A DNA stretch of 41,360 nt from a virus (lineage: Duplodnaviria > Heunggongvirae > Uroviricota > Caudoviricetes): the IMG/VR virus record IMGVR_UViG_2778261164_000004, positions 1-41,360 of that record; one strand, 5' to 3'. The notes below the pieces were generated by a model, which was not told the origin of the DNA, did not search any database, and worked only from the letters and a program-made list of their open reading frames with translations. Below, piece after piece: positions 1 to 8,007 of this stretch (its first letter is position 1; each line of letters opens with the position of its first letter). A program made the translations under genes and the position numbers.

Positions 1-1248
1 ATGGCACTGAATATTCCATTCAGAAATGCGTACTATCGTTTTGCATCCAGTTACTCATTTCTCTTTTTTATTTCCTGGTCGCTGTGGTGGTCGTTATACG
101 CTATTTGGCTGAAAGGACATCTAGGGTTGACAGGGACGGAATTAGGTACACTTTATTCGGTCAACCAGTTTACCAGCATTCTATTTATGATGTTCTACGG
201 CATCGTTCAGGATAAACTCGGTCTGAAGAAACCGCTCATCTGGTGTATGAGTTTCATCCTGGTCTTGACCGGACCGTTTATGATTTACGTTTATGAACCG
301 TTACTGCAAAGCAATTTTTCTGTAGGTCTAATTCTGGGGGCGCTATTTTTTGGCTTGGGGTATCTGGCGGGATGCGGTTTGCTTGATAGCTTCACCGAAA
401 AAATGGCGCGAAATTTTCATTTCGAATATGGAACAGCGCGCGCCTGGGGATCTTTTGGCTATGCTATTGGCGCGTTCTTTGCCGGCATATTTTTTAGTAT
501 CAGTCCCCATATCAACTTCTGGTTGGTCTCGCTATTTGGCGCTGTATTTATGATGATCAACATGCGTTTTAAAGATAAGGATCACCAGTGCGTAGCGGCA
601 GATGCGGGAGGGGTAAAAAAAGAGGATTTTATCGCAGTTTTCAAGGATCGAAACTTCTGGGTTTTCGTCATATTTATTGTGGGGACGTGGTCTTTCTATA
701 ACATTTTTGATCAACAACTTTTTCCTGTCTTTTATGCAGGTTTATTCGAATCACACGATGTAGGAACGCGCCTGTATGGTTATCTCAACTCATTCCAGGT
801 GGTACTCGAAGCGCTGTGCATGGCGATTATTCCTTTCTTTGTGAATCGGGTAGGGCCAAAAAATGCATTACTTATCGGAGTTGTGATTATGGCGTTGCGT
901 ATCCTTTCCTGCGCGCTGTTCGTTAACCCCTGGATTATTTCATTAGTGAAGTTGTTACATGCCATTGAGGTTCCACTTTGTGTCATATCCGTCTTCAAAT
1001 ACAGCGTGGCAAACTTTGATAAGCGCCTGTCGTCGACGATCTTTCTGATTGGTTTTCAAATTGCCAGTTCGCTTGGGATTGTGCTGCTTTCAACGCCGAC
1101 TGGGATACTCTTTGACCACGCAGGCTACCAGACAGTTTTCTTCGCAATTTCGGGTATTGTCTGCCTGATGTTGCTATTTGGCATTTTCTTCTTGAGTAAA
1201 AAACGCGAGCAAATAGTTATGGAAACGCCTGTACCTTCAGCAATATAG
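1..1248 (+). CDS. cscB: LacY-family oligosaccharide:H+ symporter, most likely sucrose permease CscB (415 aa)
   Basis: Full-length ORF from window base 1 to TAG at 1246-1248; 12-TM MFS-like hydrophobic profile; N-terminus MALNIPFRNAYYRF... and overall sequence match my recollection of CscB and align with LacY. Confidence 0.8.
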   Translation: MALNIPFRNAYYRFASSYSFLFFISWSLWWSLYAIWLKGHLGLTGTELGTLYSVNQFTSILFMMFYGIVQDKLGLKKPLIWCMSFILVLTGPFMIYVYEPLLQSNFSVGLILGALFFGLGYLAGCGLLDSFTEKMARNFHFEYGTARAWGSFGYAIGAFFAGIFFSISPHINFWLVSLFGAVFMMINMRFKDKDHQCVAADAGGVKKEDFIAVFKDRNFWVFVIFIVGTWSFYNIFDQQLFPVFYAGLFESHDVGTRLYGYLNSFQVVLEALCMAIIPFFVNRVGPKNALLIGVVIMALRILSCALFVNPWIISLVKLLHAIEVPLCVISVFKYSVANFDKRLSSTIFLIGFQIASSLGIVLLSTPTGILFDHAGYQTVFFAISGIVCLMLLFGIFFLSKKREQIVMETPVPSAI

Positions 1249-1256
1249 ACGTAAAC

Positions 1257-1301
1257 TTTTTCCGGTTGTTGTCGATAGCTCTATATCCCTCAACCGGAAA
1301 A
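1257..1301 (+). terminator. Inverted repeat downstream of permease gene (candidate terminator)
   Basis: ttccggttg (1259-1267) pairs with caaccggaa (1291-1299), T-run before and A-run after; the 23-nt loop makes it atypical. Confidence 0.35.
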
Positions 1302-1689
1302 TAATAATAGTAAAATGCTTAGCCCTGCTAATAATCGCCTAATCCAAACGCCTCATTCATGTTCTGGTACAGTCGCTCAAATGTACTTCAGATGCGCGGT
1401 TCGCTGATTTCCAGGACATTGTCGTCATTCAGTGACCTGTCCCGTGTATCACGGTCCTGCGAATTCATCAAGGAATGCATTGCGGAGTGAAGTATCGAGT
1501 CACGCCATATTTCGCTATCAGGATTCTGTGTGATGGTTACATCGCCCGGCTCAGGGCTGTTTAGTCATCAGCGCTTTCTGACAGTGCTGAGATTTCAACC
1601 TGTTGCAGTAAAAATGAGTAGATATAAGGCAAGTGTGCTGCCAAACCCATCTTTTACGGGGTGAAGGTAGATTTCGTTTGAAGGGTATC

Positions 1690-1704
1690 TGGTGTCCCCT
1701 GCAG
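1690..1704 (-). other. Prophage attachment core (left junction): 15-bp copy of tRNA-Arg 3' end
   Basis: tggtgtcccctgcag is the reverse complement of CTGCAGGGGACACCA, which I recall as the 3' end of argW; sequence diverges from the tRNA immediately after; excisionase lies about 70 bp inside. Confidence 0.6.
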
Positions 1705-1777
1705 ACATCTACTTGAAGCGGCAGGGGATTGATTGGAATGGTGTTTTTTAGGTGTGAGAAATATTTTACCCGCTATT

Positions 1778-1978
1778 TTACCCATTGGCGCGGCTTAAGA
1801 GCTTATTTTTGAATTCACAATGGTCACGATATAACCATCTTGCTCGCCCGTGGATAACTTTGGCTTTTGGCAGGTCGCCGGACTTAATCCGGTCGTAGAT
1901 GAAGGTTTTACCAAAGCCAGTATCAGCCATGATGAATTTCAAATCAACCAGGGAATCAGGCTGTAGTTCGTGTTGCAT
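1778..1978 (-). CDS. torI: Excisionase / recombination directionality factor, TorI-type (66 aa)
   Basis: 66-aa ORF MQHELQPDSLVDLKFIMADTGFGKTFIYDRIKSGDLPKAKVIHGRARWLYRDH... matches recalled TorI of the KplE1/CPS-53 prophage; GGAG RBS upstream; sits next to the att core at the opposite prophage end from the integrase. Confidence 0.85.
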   Translation of the reverse strand: MQHELQPDSLVDLKFIMADTGFGKTFIYDRIKSGDLPKAKVIHGRARWLYRDHCEFKNKLLSRANG

Positions 1979-2020
1979 GAGTGCTATCTCCGAATAGGGA
2001 ATCGAACCTGCAAATCAGGC

Positions 2021-2044
2021 AAGAAAAAGCCGCATTGATGCGGC
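2021..2044 (-). terminator. Rho-independent terminator upstream of torI (minus strand)
   Basis: Minus-strand RNA GCCGCA-UCAA-UGCGGC followed by UUUUUCUU (plus-strand A-run 2023-2028). Confidence 0.45.
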
Positions 2045-2101
2045 GATGGTAGGTCTGGATATCATTGAGCAATGAACAGGCCTCATCGAGTGTGAGGCGG
2101 G

Positions 2102-2446
2102 TTAGTCCTTGCGTAGCTCGCTGATTCTTCTGTAAGTCTCTGGTGCTTTGTTTCCGTGTATCTTCATTTCAGACTTCAACAGAGCAACGAGAGAATCCCA
2201 TTCGTTGAGGATGCCTTTGAATGCCGGAACGCGCTTTGCAACCTTGTCGAATGAATCTCTGATTTCTGGAATCTGCTCAACAAGTGCAACGCATCGCCGG
2301 AAGTCTGCTGCGTCATGGGGAGCGCCGAAGTGATGACCATAGATATTCTTTTTCAGTCCACATGCGATTGAGGCAAGAGTTGCGCTACTGATGCCGACAT
2401 CGCCAGTTGATTGCCATTTCAAAACCTTCATAGCCAAATCTGACAT
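2102..2446 (-). CDS. Hypothetical early-left protein (114 aa)
   Basis: ORF with GGAGA RBS 6 nt upstream of ATG at 2446; no family recognised. Confidence 0.55.
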   Translation of the reverse strand: MSDLAMKVLKWQSTGDVGISSATLASIACGLKKNIYGHHFGAPHDAADFRRCVALVEQIPEIRDSFDKVAKRVPAFKGILNEWDSLVALLKSEMKIHGNKAPETYRRISELRKD

Positions 2447-2518
2447 TTCTTGTCTCCATAAAACAAAACTCGCCGTAGCGAGCTCAGATAAAAGAAATCC
2501 CCGTCAGTGCGAGGATTG

Positions 2519-2803
2519 TTATTCATTGCTGATATTCACCTTTATCGCGAACACCTTTACCGGTTTATCACCGAAGTGCGGATGTGTGATTGTCTTGATC
2601 TCATATCCGTCATACGGAACATCAATTCTGCGGCTGGAATCGTCGCGCTTCGGATATCCCTTTGTGATAATCAGGCGGTCATATTCCCGGAACATAATTC
2701 GCTTATTCCAGTAGTCATTACACAGGCGATACTCTTCCGTTTTCTCCCCGCGAATCATGGCATCGAAGTATTCACCTTTAACGGCAAGTTGCAGGTTAGC
2801 CAC
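2519..2803 (-). CDS. Small ASCH/DUF3850-like protein (about 94 aa from GTG start)
   Basis: AGGAGG RBS precedes GTG at 2803, which sits just after the stop of the upstream gene; motif LAVKGEYFDAMIRGEKTEEYR resembles ASCH-like domains (recalled, unverified). Confidence 0.5.
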   Translation of the reverse strand: MANLQLAVKGEYFDAMIRGEKTEEYRLCNDYWNKRIMFREYDRLIITKGYPKRDDSSRRIDVPYDGYEIKTITHPHFGDKPVKVFAIKVNISNE

Positions 2804-3323
2804 GGTTAACCTCCTGCTGCGGTGCTGCTGGCATTTCACTCCAGTGCGTAACTGAGTGCGGATCCGGATATTCGGTGCCATCATCCCAGCGATTGCCATT
2901 CCACATTGCAGACCACATCTCACCGTCTTCATACATGACAATTACCGGAATTAACTTATCCGGCATTCGATCACTACAGCTTATCCAACCATCCGTAGTT
3001 ACCGGAGAGTTGCCATTTACATCGAAGTTTGGCTCTGCGTCCTGAACCAGGAGGATGTAACCATTCTTGGCAGTATCAAGTTCTAACGCCTCGGTGACGG
3101 TGCCGAAATAGCGATTACCTAAATCCGCATCACAAGTGCTTACATCAATGGAAACCTCCATCCCTTCGATTAATTCTGGCAAGTTGTAAGTTTGGCTTAC
3201 AGGCTCGGCTTCCAGCGATGCCAGTGCAATCCGTGCCAGTTCCATTTGTTCGCCACGAGTAAGTCCGTTATCAAGCGGATTTTTAATGAATAATTCGATA
3301 CGTTCTTTAGTGATAGTGCTCAT
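2796..3323 (-). CDS. Phage protein with DUF551-like C-terminal region (175 aa)
   Basis: AAGGAG RBS before ATG at 3323 (internal to the longer track ORF); Trp/Pro-rich C-terminus typical of DUF551 phage proteins (recalled). Confidence 0.5.
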   Translation of the reverse strand: MSTITKERIELFIKNPLDNGLTRGEQMELARIALASLEAEPVSQTYNLPELIEGMEVSIDVSTCDADLGNRYFGTVTEALELDTAKNGYILLVQDAEPNFDVNGNSPVTTDGWISCSDRMPDKLIPVIVMYEDGEMWSAMWNGNRWDDGTEYPDPHSVTHWSEMPAAPQQEVNRG

Positions 3324-3324
3324 A

Positions 3325-3876
3325 TCACTCTCCTTTGATGCGAATGCCTGTTGCAATGCTGTTTATGATGCTGTCAGTGCATGGGGTAGAAAGCTGGGCA
3401 TCTCCAGCAATTTTCATGACCTCAACATCTGCATATCGAATACCGAGGTGTATCAGACCAGCTATGCCTGACTTAAGCCGAGCATTTTCCATAAATAGAA
3501 CTTTTGCCCGCCGTTTTTCTGCCTCAAGCTCAACGCGCAGCTTCCCTACCGTTAGCGCAATATCCTCGTTCTCCTGGTCGCGGCGTTTGATGTATTGCTG
3601 GTTTCTTTCCCGTTCATCCAGAAGCGCCAGCACAGTAGCCGGATTGGCTGCGGCGATGAATTCAGCATTGGCCTGCTGTTCTATTTGGAAATCTTCATCG
3701 AAACCGCTTTCTGGATGCGCTCCTTCAATTCTGCAAATGGGAATATATCCAGCAACTTCACGATGAATTAGCGCATCATCACCATCAAATCGGCCCTCTC
3801 CATATTCGAGCGACCACTCGCCACACGTTGCTTTTTCTGCCTTAGCACGCAGTGCCTGATAGTCAATCTTGCTCAC
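3325..3876 (-). CDS. Hypothetical coiled-coil early protein (183 aa from GTG start)
   Basis: AAGGGAG RBS precedes GTG at 3876; C-terminal half charged and heptad-like. Confidence 0.45.
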   Translation of the reverse strand: MSKIDYQALRAKAEKATCGEWSLEYGEGRFDGDDALIHREVAGYIPICRIEGAHPESGFDEDFQIEQQANAEFIAAANPATVLALLDERERNQQYIKRRDQENEDIALTVGKLRVELEAEKRRAKVLFMENARLKSGIAGLIHLGIRYADVEVMKIAGDAQLSTPCTDSIINSIATGIRIKGE

Positions 3877-4168
3877 TGGTTGTCTCCCTTGCTGGGCTTT
3901 CGAATGTATCAAACTCAAACAACTTAACCACGTCATCAAACAGGACATAATCGCCATCAGGATCTTCAGTCATGTCAGCGCCACAATCCTGACCGAACGA
4001 GTCACAACCATCCATATCAAGCTCGTATCGCTTCAGGTTTGCGATATTTGATAAATTCAGCGCCAGTACAGCCAGGTCATAAACCTCTTCGGCGGTATAC
4101 CCTGCGCCATGCCCATACATTTCAATGCGGGATATGATTTCTTCTACCCGTTGTTTTGTGATCGTCAT
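3863..4168 (-). CDS. Hypothetical acidic early protein (101 aa)
   Basis: GGGAGG RBS upstream; ATG overlaps the stop of the upstream gene (ATGA). Confidence 0.5.
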   Translation of the reverse strand: MTITKQRVEEIISRIEMYGHGAGYTAEEVYDLAVLALNLSNIANLKRYELDMDGCDSFGQDCGADMTEDPDGDYVLFDDVVKLFEFDTFESPARETTSEQD

Positions 4169-4671
4169 TTTTGCTCACCTCCCTGTTCTTCCAGAAAAAT
4201 ACGCATAGCCTCAAGCATCTCTTCGGTGTCATACGGAGACAGCTTGTCACGCAGGATGTGTTCAATGCTGTTAATGAACTTTCGGATTGCTTTGCGTTCA
4301 ATTTCAGTCAGGAAAGCATCGGTGGCTGACATATTTCCTGTTGCCTTCATGGCCTTCAAAATAACCAGAACGCCATCTTGCCCAACCAACTCGGAGATAA
4401 TCTCAGTGTTGTCGCCAACAACATCACAGAATGCCTGAACAGCTTTACGAGCAAGTGCATTCTCCGCCGCCAGCGCCGCGCACTTGGCCTCAAGGTTATC
4501 AATCGTGATTCCAGCAGAACGACACTCCCGCAACGCCGTTTCCAGTTTTGATTCAAGTTCACCGAACTTACGGACAAGATATTCAGCGTTTGTTTCGTTA
4601 ACCTTTAAATCACTTGGGATGCATTTACCTTTCAGAAAACCATCCATCTCAATTAGTGACATTTGTTTCAT
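4165..4671 (-). CDS. Hypothetical early protein (168 aa)
   Basis: ORF whose ATG overlaps the stop of the upstream small gene (ATGA coupling). Confidence 0.5.
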   Translation of the reverse strand: MKQMSLIEMDGFLKGKCIPSDLKVNETNAEYLVRKFGELESKLETALRECRSAGITIDNLEAKCAALAAENALARKAVQAFCDVVGDNTEIISELVGQDGVLVILKAMKATGNMSATDAFLTEIERKAIRKFINSIEHILRDKLSPYDTEEMLEAMRIFLEEQGGEQK

Positions 4672-4832
4672 TTCTTCCCACTCCGCAACATCGCATTCAG
4701 ATATTTGTTTTGATTCACTGATGGAAAAGAATTTCTCTTAAGCAATTCCTCTCTCGATGGCATTGGCTTTACGCGTTGGCGAATAATCATTTCTGCCGGA
4801 AGAATGCCGGGATTGTATGCAAGCCCTCTCAT
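4668..4832 (-). CDS. Small hypothetical protein (54 aa), below the ORF-track size cutoff
   Basis: GGAG RBS 8 nt upstream of ATG at 4832; ATGA overlaps with both flanking genes; translation [54 protein letters not shown]. Confidence 0.4.
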   Translation of the reverse strand: MRGLAYNPGILPAEMIIRQRVKPMPSREELLKRNSFPSVNQNKYLNAMLRSGKK

Positions 4833-5119
4833 GATTTACTCTCCACGAACTGGTCAATAGCCATGCTAAGTGACACACCTAAAGTCTCGATATGTTGCTG
4901 AATATCCTGTAGCGTCTGCGCCTGAGATAACAGGATTTCACGGTTGCATAACTCTTTAACCAGATGCTCAAACTTGCTGTAATAACCGATACGGCTTAGT
5001 GTTTCTTTCCCTGCATTCTCGCCTTCTTTGATAATTCCTCTTTCGCTAAGAATCAGATCGTGTTTTGTTCCGGTAATAACGTATTTTCCGAGGTCGATGT
5101 TTAGCTTCATTGTTTTCAT
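4829..5119 (-). CDS. Hypothetical early protein (96 aa from internal ATG)
   Basis: GAGGA RBS 7 nt upstream of ATG at 5119; the longer upstream extension has no RBS. Confidence 0.45.
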   Translation of the reverse strand: MKTMKLNIDLGKYVITGTKHDLILSERGIIKEGENAGKETLSRIGYYSKFEHLVKELCNREILLSQAQTLQDIQQHIETLGVSLSMAIDQFVESKS

Positions 5120-5129
5120 TGTTAATTCC

Positions 5130-5426
5130 TCAGTCATTACTGATAGCGCCATAGCGTGAGCGGTAATTACGCAGGCGCAGGTCGATATATTCAGGGAAGT
5201 GGGTATATGTGGCTTTGCGGAATGGTCGGATTGATGTCTGGTAAATTCGCTCGCGTTCTTCTTTCTCTGCAAGCCATATACAGTGGCGAAATTCCTTTTC
5301 CTCTTTCGTTTCCTGCGGTAGAGACATTATCCGGTCGTAGTTTTTTCTGAATTTATCCAGCACCTCCGATACGGAATTGCCGGAACATCGGCGTGGGTCA
5401 TCCTCACCATACAGAGGCGCTGGCAT
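5130..5426 (-). CDS. Hypothetical early protein (98 aa)
   Basis: AAGGA RBS upstream of ATG at 5426. Confidence 0.5.
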   Translation of the reverse strand: MPAPLYGEDDPRRCSGNSVSEVLDKFRKNYDRIMSLPQETKEEKEFRHCIWLAEKEERERIYQTSIRPFRKATYTHFPEYIDLRLRNYRSRYGAISND

Positions 5427-5449
5427 AATGGAATCCTTATTTTTCTATA

Positions 5450-5833
5450 TCAGAATGGGATGGAATCGTCGTATACAGGAGTGTTCTGCTGGTTACTACT
5501 TTGCTGCTGCGGGCCATTTCCTGAAGCTGTAAATCCAATCTTTGCATTCAGTAATTCAAGAGTAATTGATTGACCATTTTGCCCCTGATAAACATCAACC
5601 CTGATGTTTTCTCCGGTAATTTCCACAATGCCACCTTCAACAAGAACGCTACGGTAGTAATCCGCTTGCGCTCCTGGCTTGGCAAATACAACGGCGCTGT
5701 AGTTTGTCCATTCTTTCTTTTTTGTCTGGCGATCGTAATACTGAACGCCAGCACGGATGTTGAATCCGATATTTTCCCCGGCCTGAAACTCTCTTGCGGG
5801 TTTGTTTAGTCTTACAGTAATCGAGTGTGCCAT
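5450..5833 (-). CDS. SSB-like single-stranded DNA-binding protein (127 aa)
   Basis: C-terminus ...PVYDDSIPF resembles the acidic DDDIPF tail of bacterial SSB; Gly/Gln-rich linker; ATG at 5833 overlaps the Erf stop (TAATG); located in the recombination module. Confidence 0.55.
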   Translation of the reverse strand: MAHSITVRLNKPAREFQAGENIGFNIRAGVQYYDRQTKKKEWTNYSAVVFAKPGAQADYYRSVLVEGGIVEITGENIRVDVYQGQNGQSITLELLNAKIGFTASGNGPQQQSSNQQNTPVYDDSIPF

Positions 5834-6438
5834 TAAGCAGCCGCTCCTTCTAATTCGTCTCGTCTTATGTTGTAAACGTCCTGCGCTTTGTGCTGCTCCG
5901 GTGTGCCTTCGAGCATCTTCCACGCTTTGGCGAACGCCTGTTTAAGCTCTTCCACGGTGTTTTTCTGCATTGCTGCGTCAGTGAATGCTTTTAGAACCTG
6001 TTCAGGTGTAAGTGATGGTTTTGATTGCTTTGCTGCTGCGTTCTGCTGATGTTTATGCTCGTCTGTATCTGCATCTTTCGCATCATCAATGCCGAACAAA
6101 CCATTGAGGCAATACTTGCGTGCATAAGAGCTTGTAGCTCCAGTAACTTGTGCAGAATCCATTCCTTTCTTGCTTTCTTCCTCTCGTGCAAGAGCGGTTG
6201 CCGTATGACTGTTTTCGCCATCGGTAATAGTTGCCGTGGCTTTCACATAATACCGATCACCAATCAACACAACTTCATCGCTGATTGATAAAAACAGGCC
6301 ATTCAGTAGCGGCTTAACGCCTTCAAGAATATCTTCGCAGCTTCTGTATTTATATTTACCGAATGAGTTGTATTGATTCTTTGGCGCGTTCAGATTCTCC
6401 TGAATAGCTGCCAGCCTTGCGTAAAATTCTTTGCTCAT
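5833..6438 (-). CDS. erf: Erf-family single-strand annealing recombinase
   Basis: MSKEFYARLAAIQENLNAPKNQYNSFGKYKYRSCEDILEGVKPLL... closely resembles recalled P22 Erf; start chosen at the MSKEFY methionine. Confidence 0.8.
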   Translation of the reverse strand: MSKEFYARLAAIQENLNAPKNQYNSFGKYKYRSCEDILEGVKPLLNGLFLSISDEVVLIGDRYYVKATATITDGENSHTATALAREEESKKGMDSAQVTGATSSYARKYCLNGLFGIDDAKDADTDEHKHQQNAAAKQSKPSLTPEQVLKAFTDAAMQKNTVEELKQAFAKAWKMLEGTPEQHKAQDVYNIRRDELEGAAA

Positions 6439-6448
6439 ATGATTGTTC

Positions 6449-6619
6449 TCAGAATGGACATGGCCCAAGGAAATAACGCTGATTTAATACTTCTACTCGT
6501 GACAAGTTAAGGCATACCCGCATTCCTTCGCGGTCGCCATTATGGCGATACCAGAGAGCTTTCTGCGTGTACATGCGTCTCTGTAACTTGCTCTCCTTCA
6601 CTGTGGTTGCAAGTGACAT
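6449..6619 (-). CDS. Small ORF upstream of erf (56 aa), Arf-position candidate
   Basis: AAGGAG RBS 6 nt upstream of ATG at 6619; stop TGA 10 nt before erf ATG; overlaps an alternative 52-aa ORF (6540-6698) in another frame, so the call is ambiguous. Confidence 0.3.
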   Translation of the reverse strand: MSLATTVKESKLQRRMYTQKALWYRHNGDREGMRVCLNLSRVEVLNQRYFLGPCPF

Positions 6620-6694
6620 GAATATCTCCTTCGTTACCGATTAATTCTTTCATCTGACGAATGAATTCTTCGTCTGACCAGTTATCTGTAAAAC

Positions 6695-6847
6695 TCATTT
6701 CCTGCGATACCACGGAATGTTGATCGCTGATTTCATCGCTTTATTTGCTTCAAGCCACATTTTGGAATCACCAATAAATCTGGCTATTACTGCTTTGTTT
6801 TGTGCTGCACGAAGCATCTGGTGATTGATGGCTATTTCATTGCGCAT
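6695..6847 (-). CDS. Kil-like small protein (50 aa), candidate cell-division inhibitor
   Basis: GGAGG RBS before ATG at 6847; segment IARFIGDSKMWLEA resembles my recollection of lambda Kil (IATFIGDEKMFREA); below track cutoff. Confidence 0.4.
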   Translation of the reverse strand: MRNEIAINHQMLRAAQNKAVIARFIGDSKMWLEANKAMKSAINIPWYRRK

Positions 6848-6966
6848 AACGCCTCCAGTTGTTTCTTTGCTGCTCTGATTAATTGTTTAACTCGGCGTGA
6901 TAATTCAGATTCGTGCGGGTAGAAAGCGGACATGACGCCGCTACCCGCGAGCTGAAAGTGCATCAT
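6832..6966 (-). CDS. Small hypothetical protein (44 aa)
   Basis: Strong AAGGAG RBS before ATGATG at 6966; internal start of a longer track ORF that lacks an RBS. Confidence 0.4.
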   Translation of the reverse strand: MMHFQLAGSGVMSAFYPHESELSRRVKQLIRAAKKQLEALCAMK

Positions 6967-7029
6967 GGGTAACTCCTTATATTTGATTGCATAACGAAAA
7001 CGCCTCGAGTGAAGCGTTATTGGTATGCA

Positions 7030-7056
7030 TATAAAAAGGCCCTCACACTGGAGGGC
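7030..7056 (-). terminator. Rho-independent terminator inside the early-left (PL) operon
   Basis: Minus-strand RNA GCCCUC-CAGUGU-GAGGGC followed by CUUUUUAU; stems at 7039-7044 and 7051-7056. Confidence 0.5.
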
Positions 7057-7192
7057 AAAGAAGATTTCCAATAATCAGAACAAGTCGGCTCCTGTTTAGT
7101 TACGAGCGATATTGCTCCGTGTATTCACTCGTTGGAATGAATACACAGTGCAGTGTTTATTCTGTTGTTTGTGCCAAAAATAAAGGCCACCA

Positions 7193-7444
7193 TCAGGCAG
7201 CCTTGTTGTAAATGTTGCAGGTATCAAGTAAGTAATTAGATGGAGCGCCATAAATTATGAATTCATCGTTTGTCGGGTCCATCTCCATCTCTTGGCCTAT
7301 TGCCATTCTTGCGTCAGTGTCATCAGCGGCGAAGCATAAAACAGCCCACGCACCCATTGTTTTAAAAAGAACTGCAATTGGCTGTGGTTTTACTGAATTT
7401 GCGTTAGCGCGAAAATCACAAATCGCACTTTCATGAAATTCCAT
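7193..7444 (-). CDS. Hypothetical early protein (83 aa)
   Basis: AGGTG RBS upstream of ATG at 7444; no family recognised. Confidence 0.45.
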   Translation of the reverse strand: MEFHESAICDFRANANSVKPQPIAVLFKTMGAWAVLCFAADDTDARMAIGQEMEMDPTNDEFIIYGAPSNYLLDTCNIYNKAA

Positions 7445-7506
7445 ATATCACCTAAAATAAGTGGTTTGCTGCCAAAACAATGAACCATCCGGAAATTCCA
7501 GATAGT

Positions 7507-7731
7507 TCATAATTCACTCTTCAATACTTCCAACTTACTAATCGCCGATAGATATCCGCGCTGATAGGGCATCATCATTCCTTCGAGCTTGCCACTTCTT
7601 AACTCCTCCCTGAGCAATTGTATTGCTTGATCAATAACCTCTGCCTTAGCGTCCTTTATGGCTTGCTTGCGGGGCTTTGCTTTCTGCTTTGGCAGATTTC
7701 TCAAGCATGATGGAATGTATGTCTGATTCAT
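7507..7731 (-). CDS. Hypothetical early protein (74 aa) immediately after the N-like gene
   Basis: GAGG RBS; ATG at 7731 follows the N-like stop by 3 nt. Confidence 0.45.
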   Translation of the reverse strand: MNQTYIPSCLRNLPKQKAKPRKQAIKDAKAEVIDQAIQLLREELRSGKLEGMMMPYQRGYLSAISKLEVLKSEL

Positions 7732-7734
7732 CAC

Positions 7735-8007
7735 TTACCTCGCCGTCAGTTGTTTTGATTTCCGGTAGCCTGCCGCGTAAATGGCTACGTTTGGCAGGCA
7801 AATACTTCCACTGCATTCATCTGCCTTCTTGCAGCGAAGGCTTCCGAGTGATGCTGCTTTATCTGCTCTGACGCAACCAGAGAGCTTTAGCGCAATCTTT
7901 CGCGCCAATCGCTGTTCTTGCATTGCCTGTTCACGTTGAGCCTGTCTGCGTGCTCTGCGGCGATTTCTGGCGTTATCGTCAGCCAGATATGTAATGACTA
8001 CTGTCAT
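7735..8007 (-). CDS. N-like transcription antiterminator candidate (90 aa) with arginine-rich motif
   Basis: First gene downstream of PL and nutL; contains NARNRRRARRQAQREQA, resembling the arginine-rich RNA-binding motif of lambdoid N proteins; GGAGG RBS 5 nt upstream of ATG. Confidence 0.5.
   Translation of the reverse strand: MTVVITYLADDNARNRRRARRQAQREQAMQEQRLARKIALKLSGCVRADKAASLGSLRCKKADECSGSICLPNVAIYAAGYRKSKQLTAR

Noticed and set aside
350-998. ORFs 350-553 (+), 532-717 (-), 780-998 (-) inside the permease gene
   Set aside because: Alternative-frame or antisense ORFs fully contained in a well-supported 415-aa transporter gene; no RBS, non-protein-like composition.
1984-2060. Possible intact tRNA gene upstream of torI
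   Set aside because: Only a T-arm-like 16-17 nt segment is present; no acceptor stem, anticodon arm or cloverleaf can be assembled from the flanking sequence.
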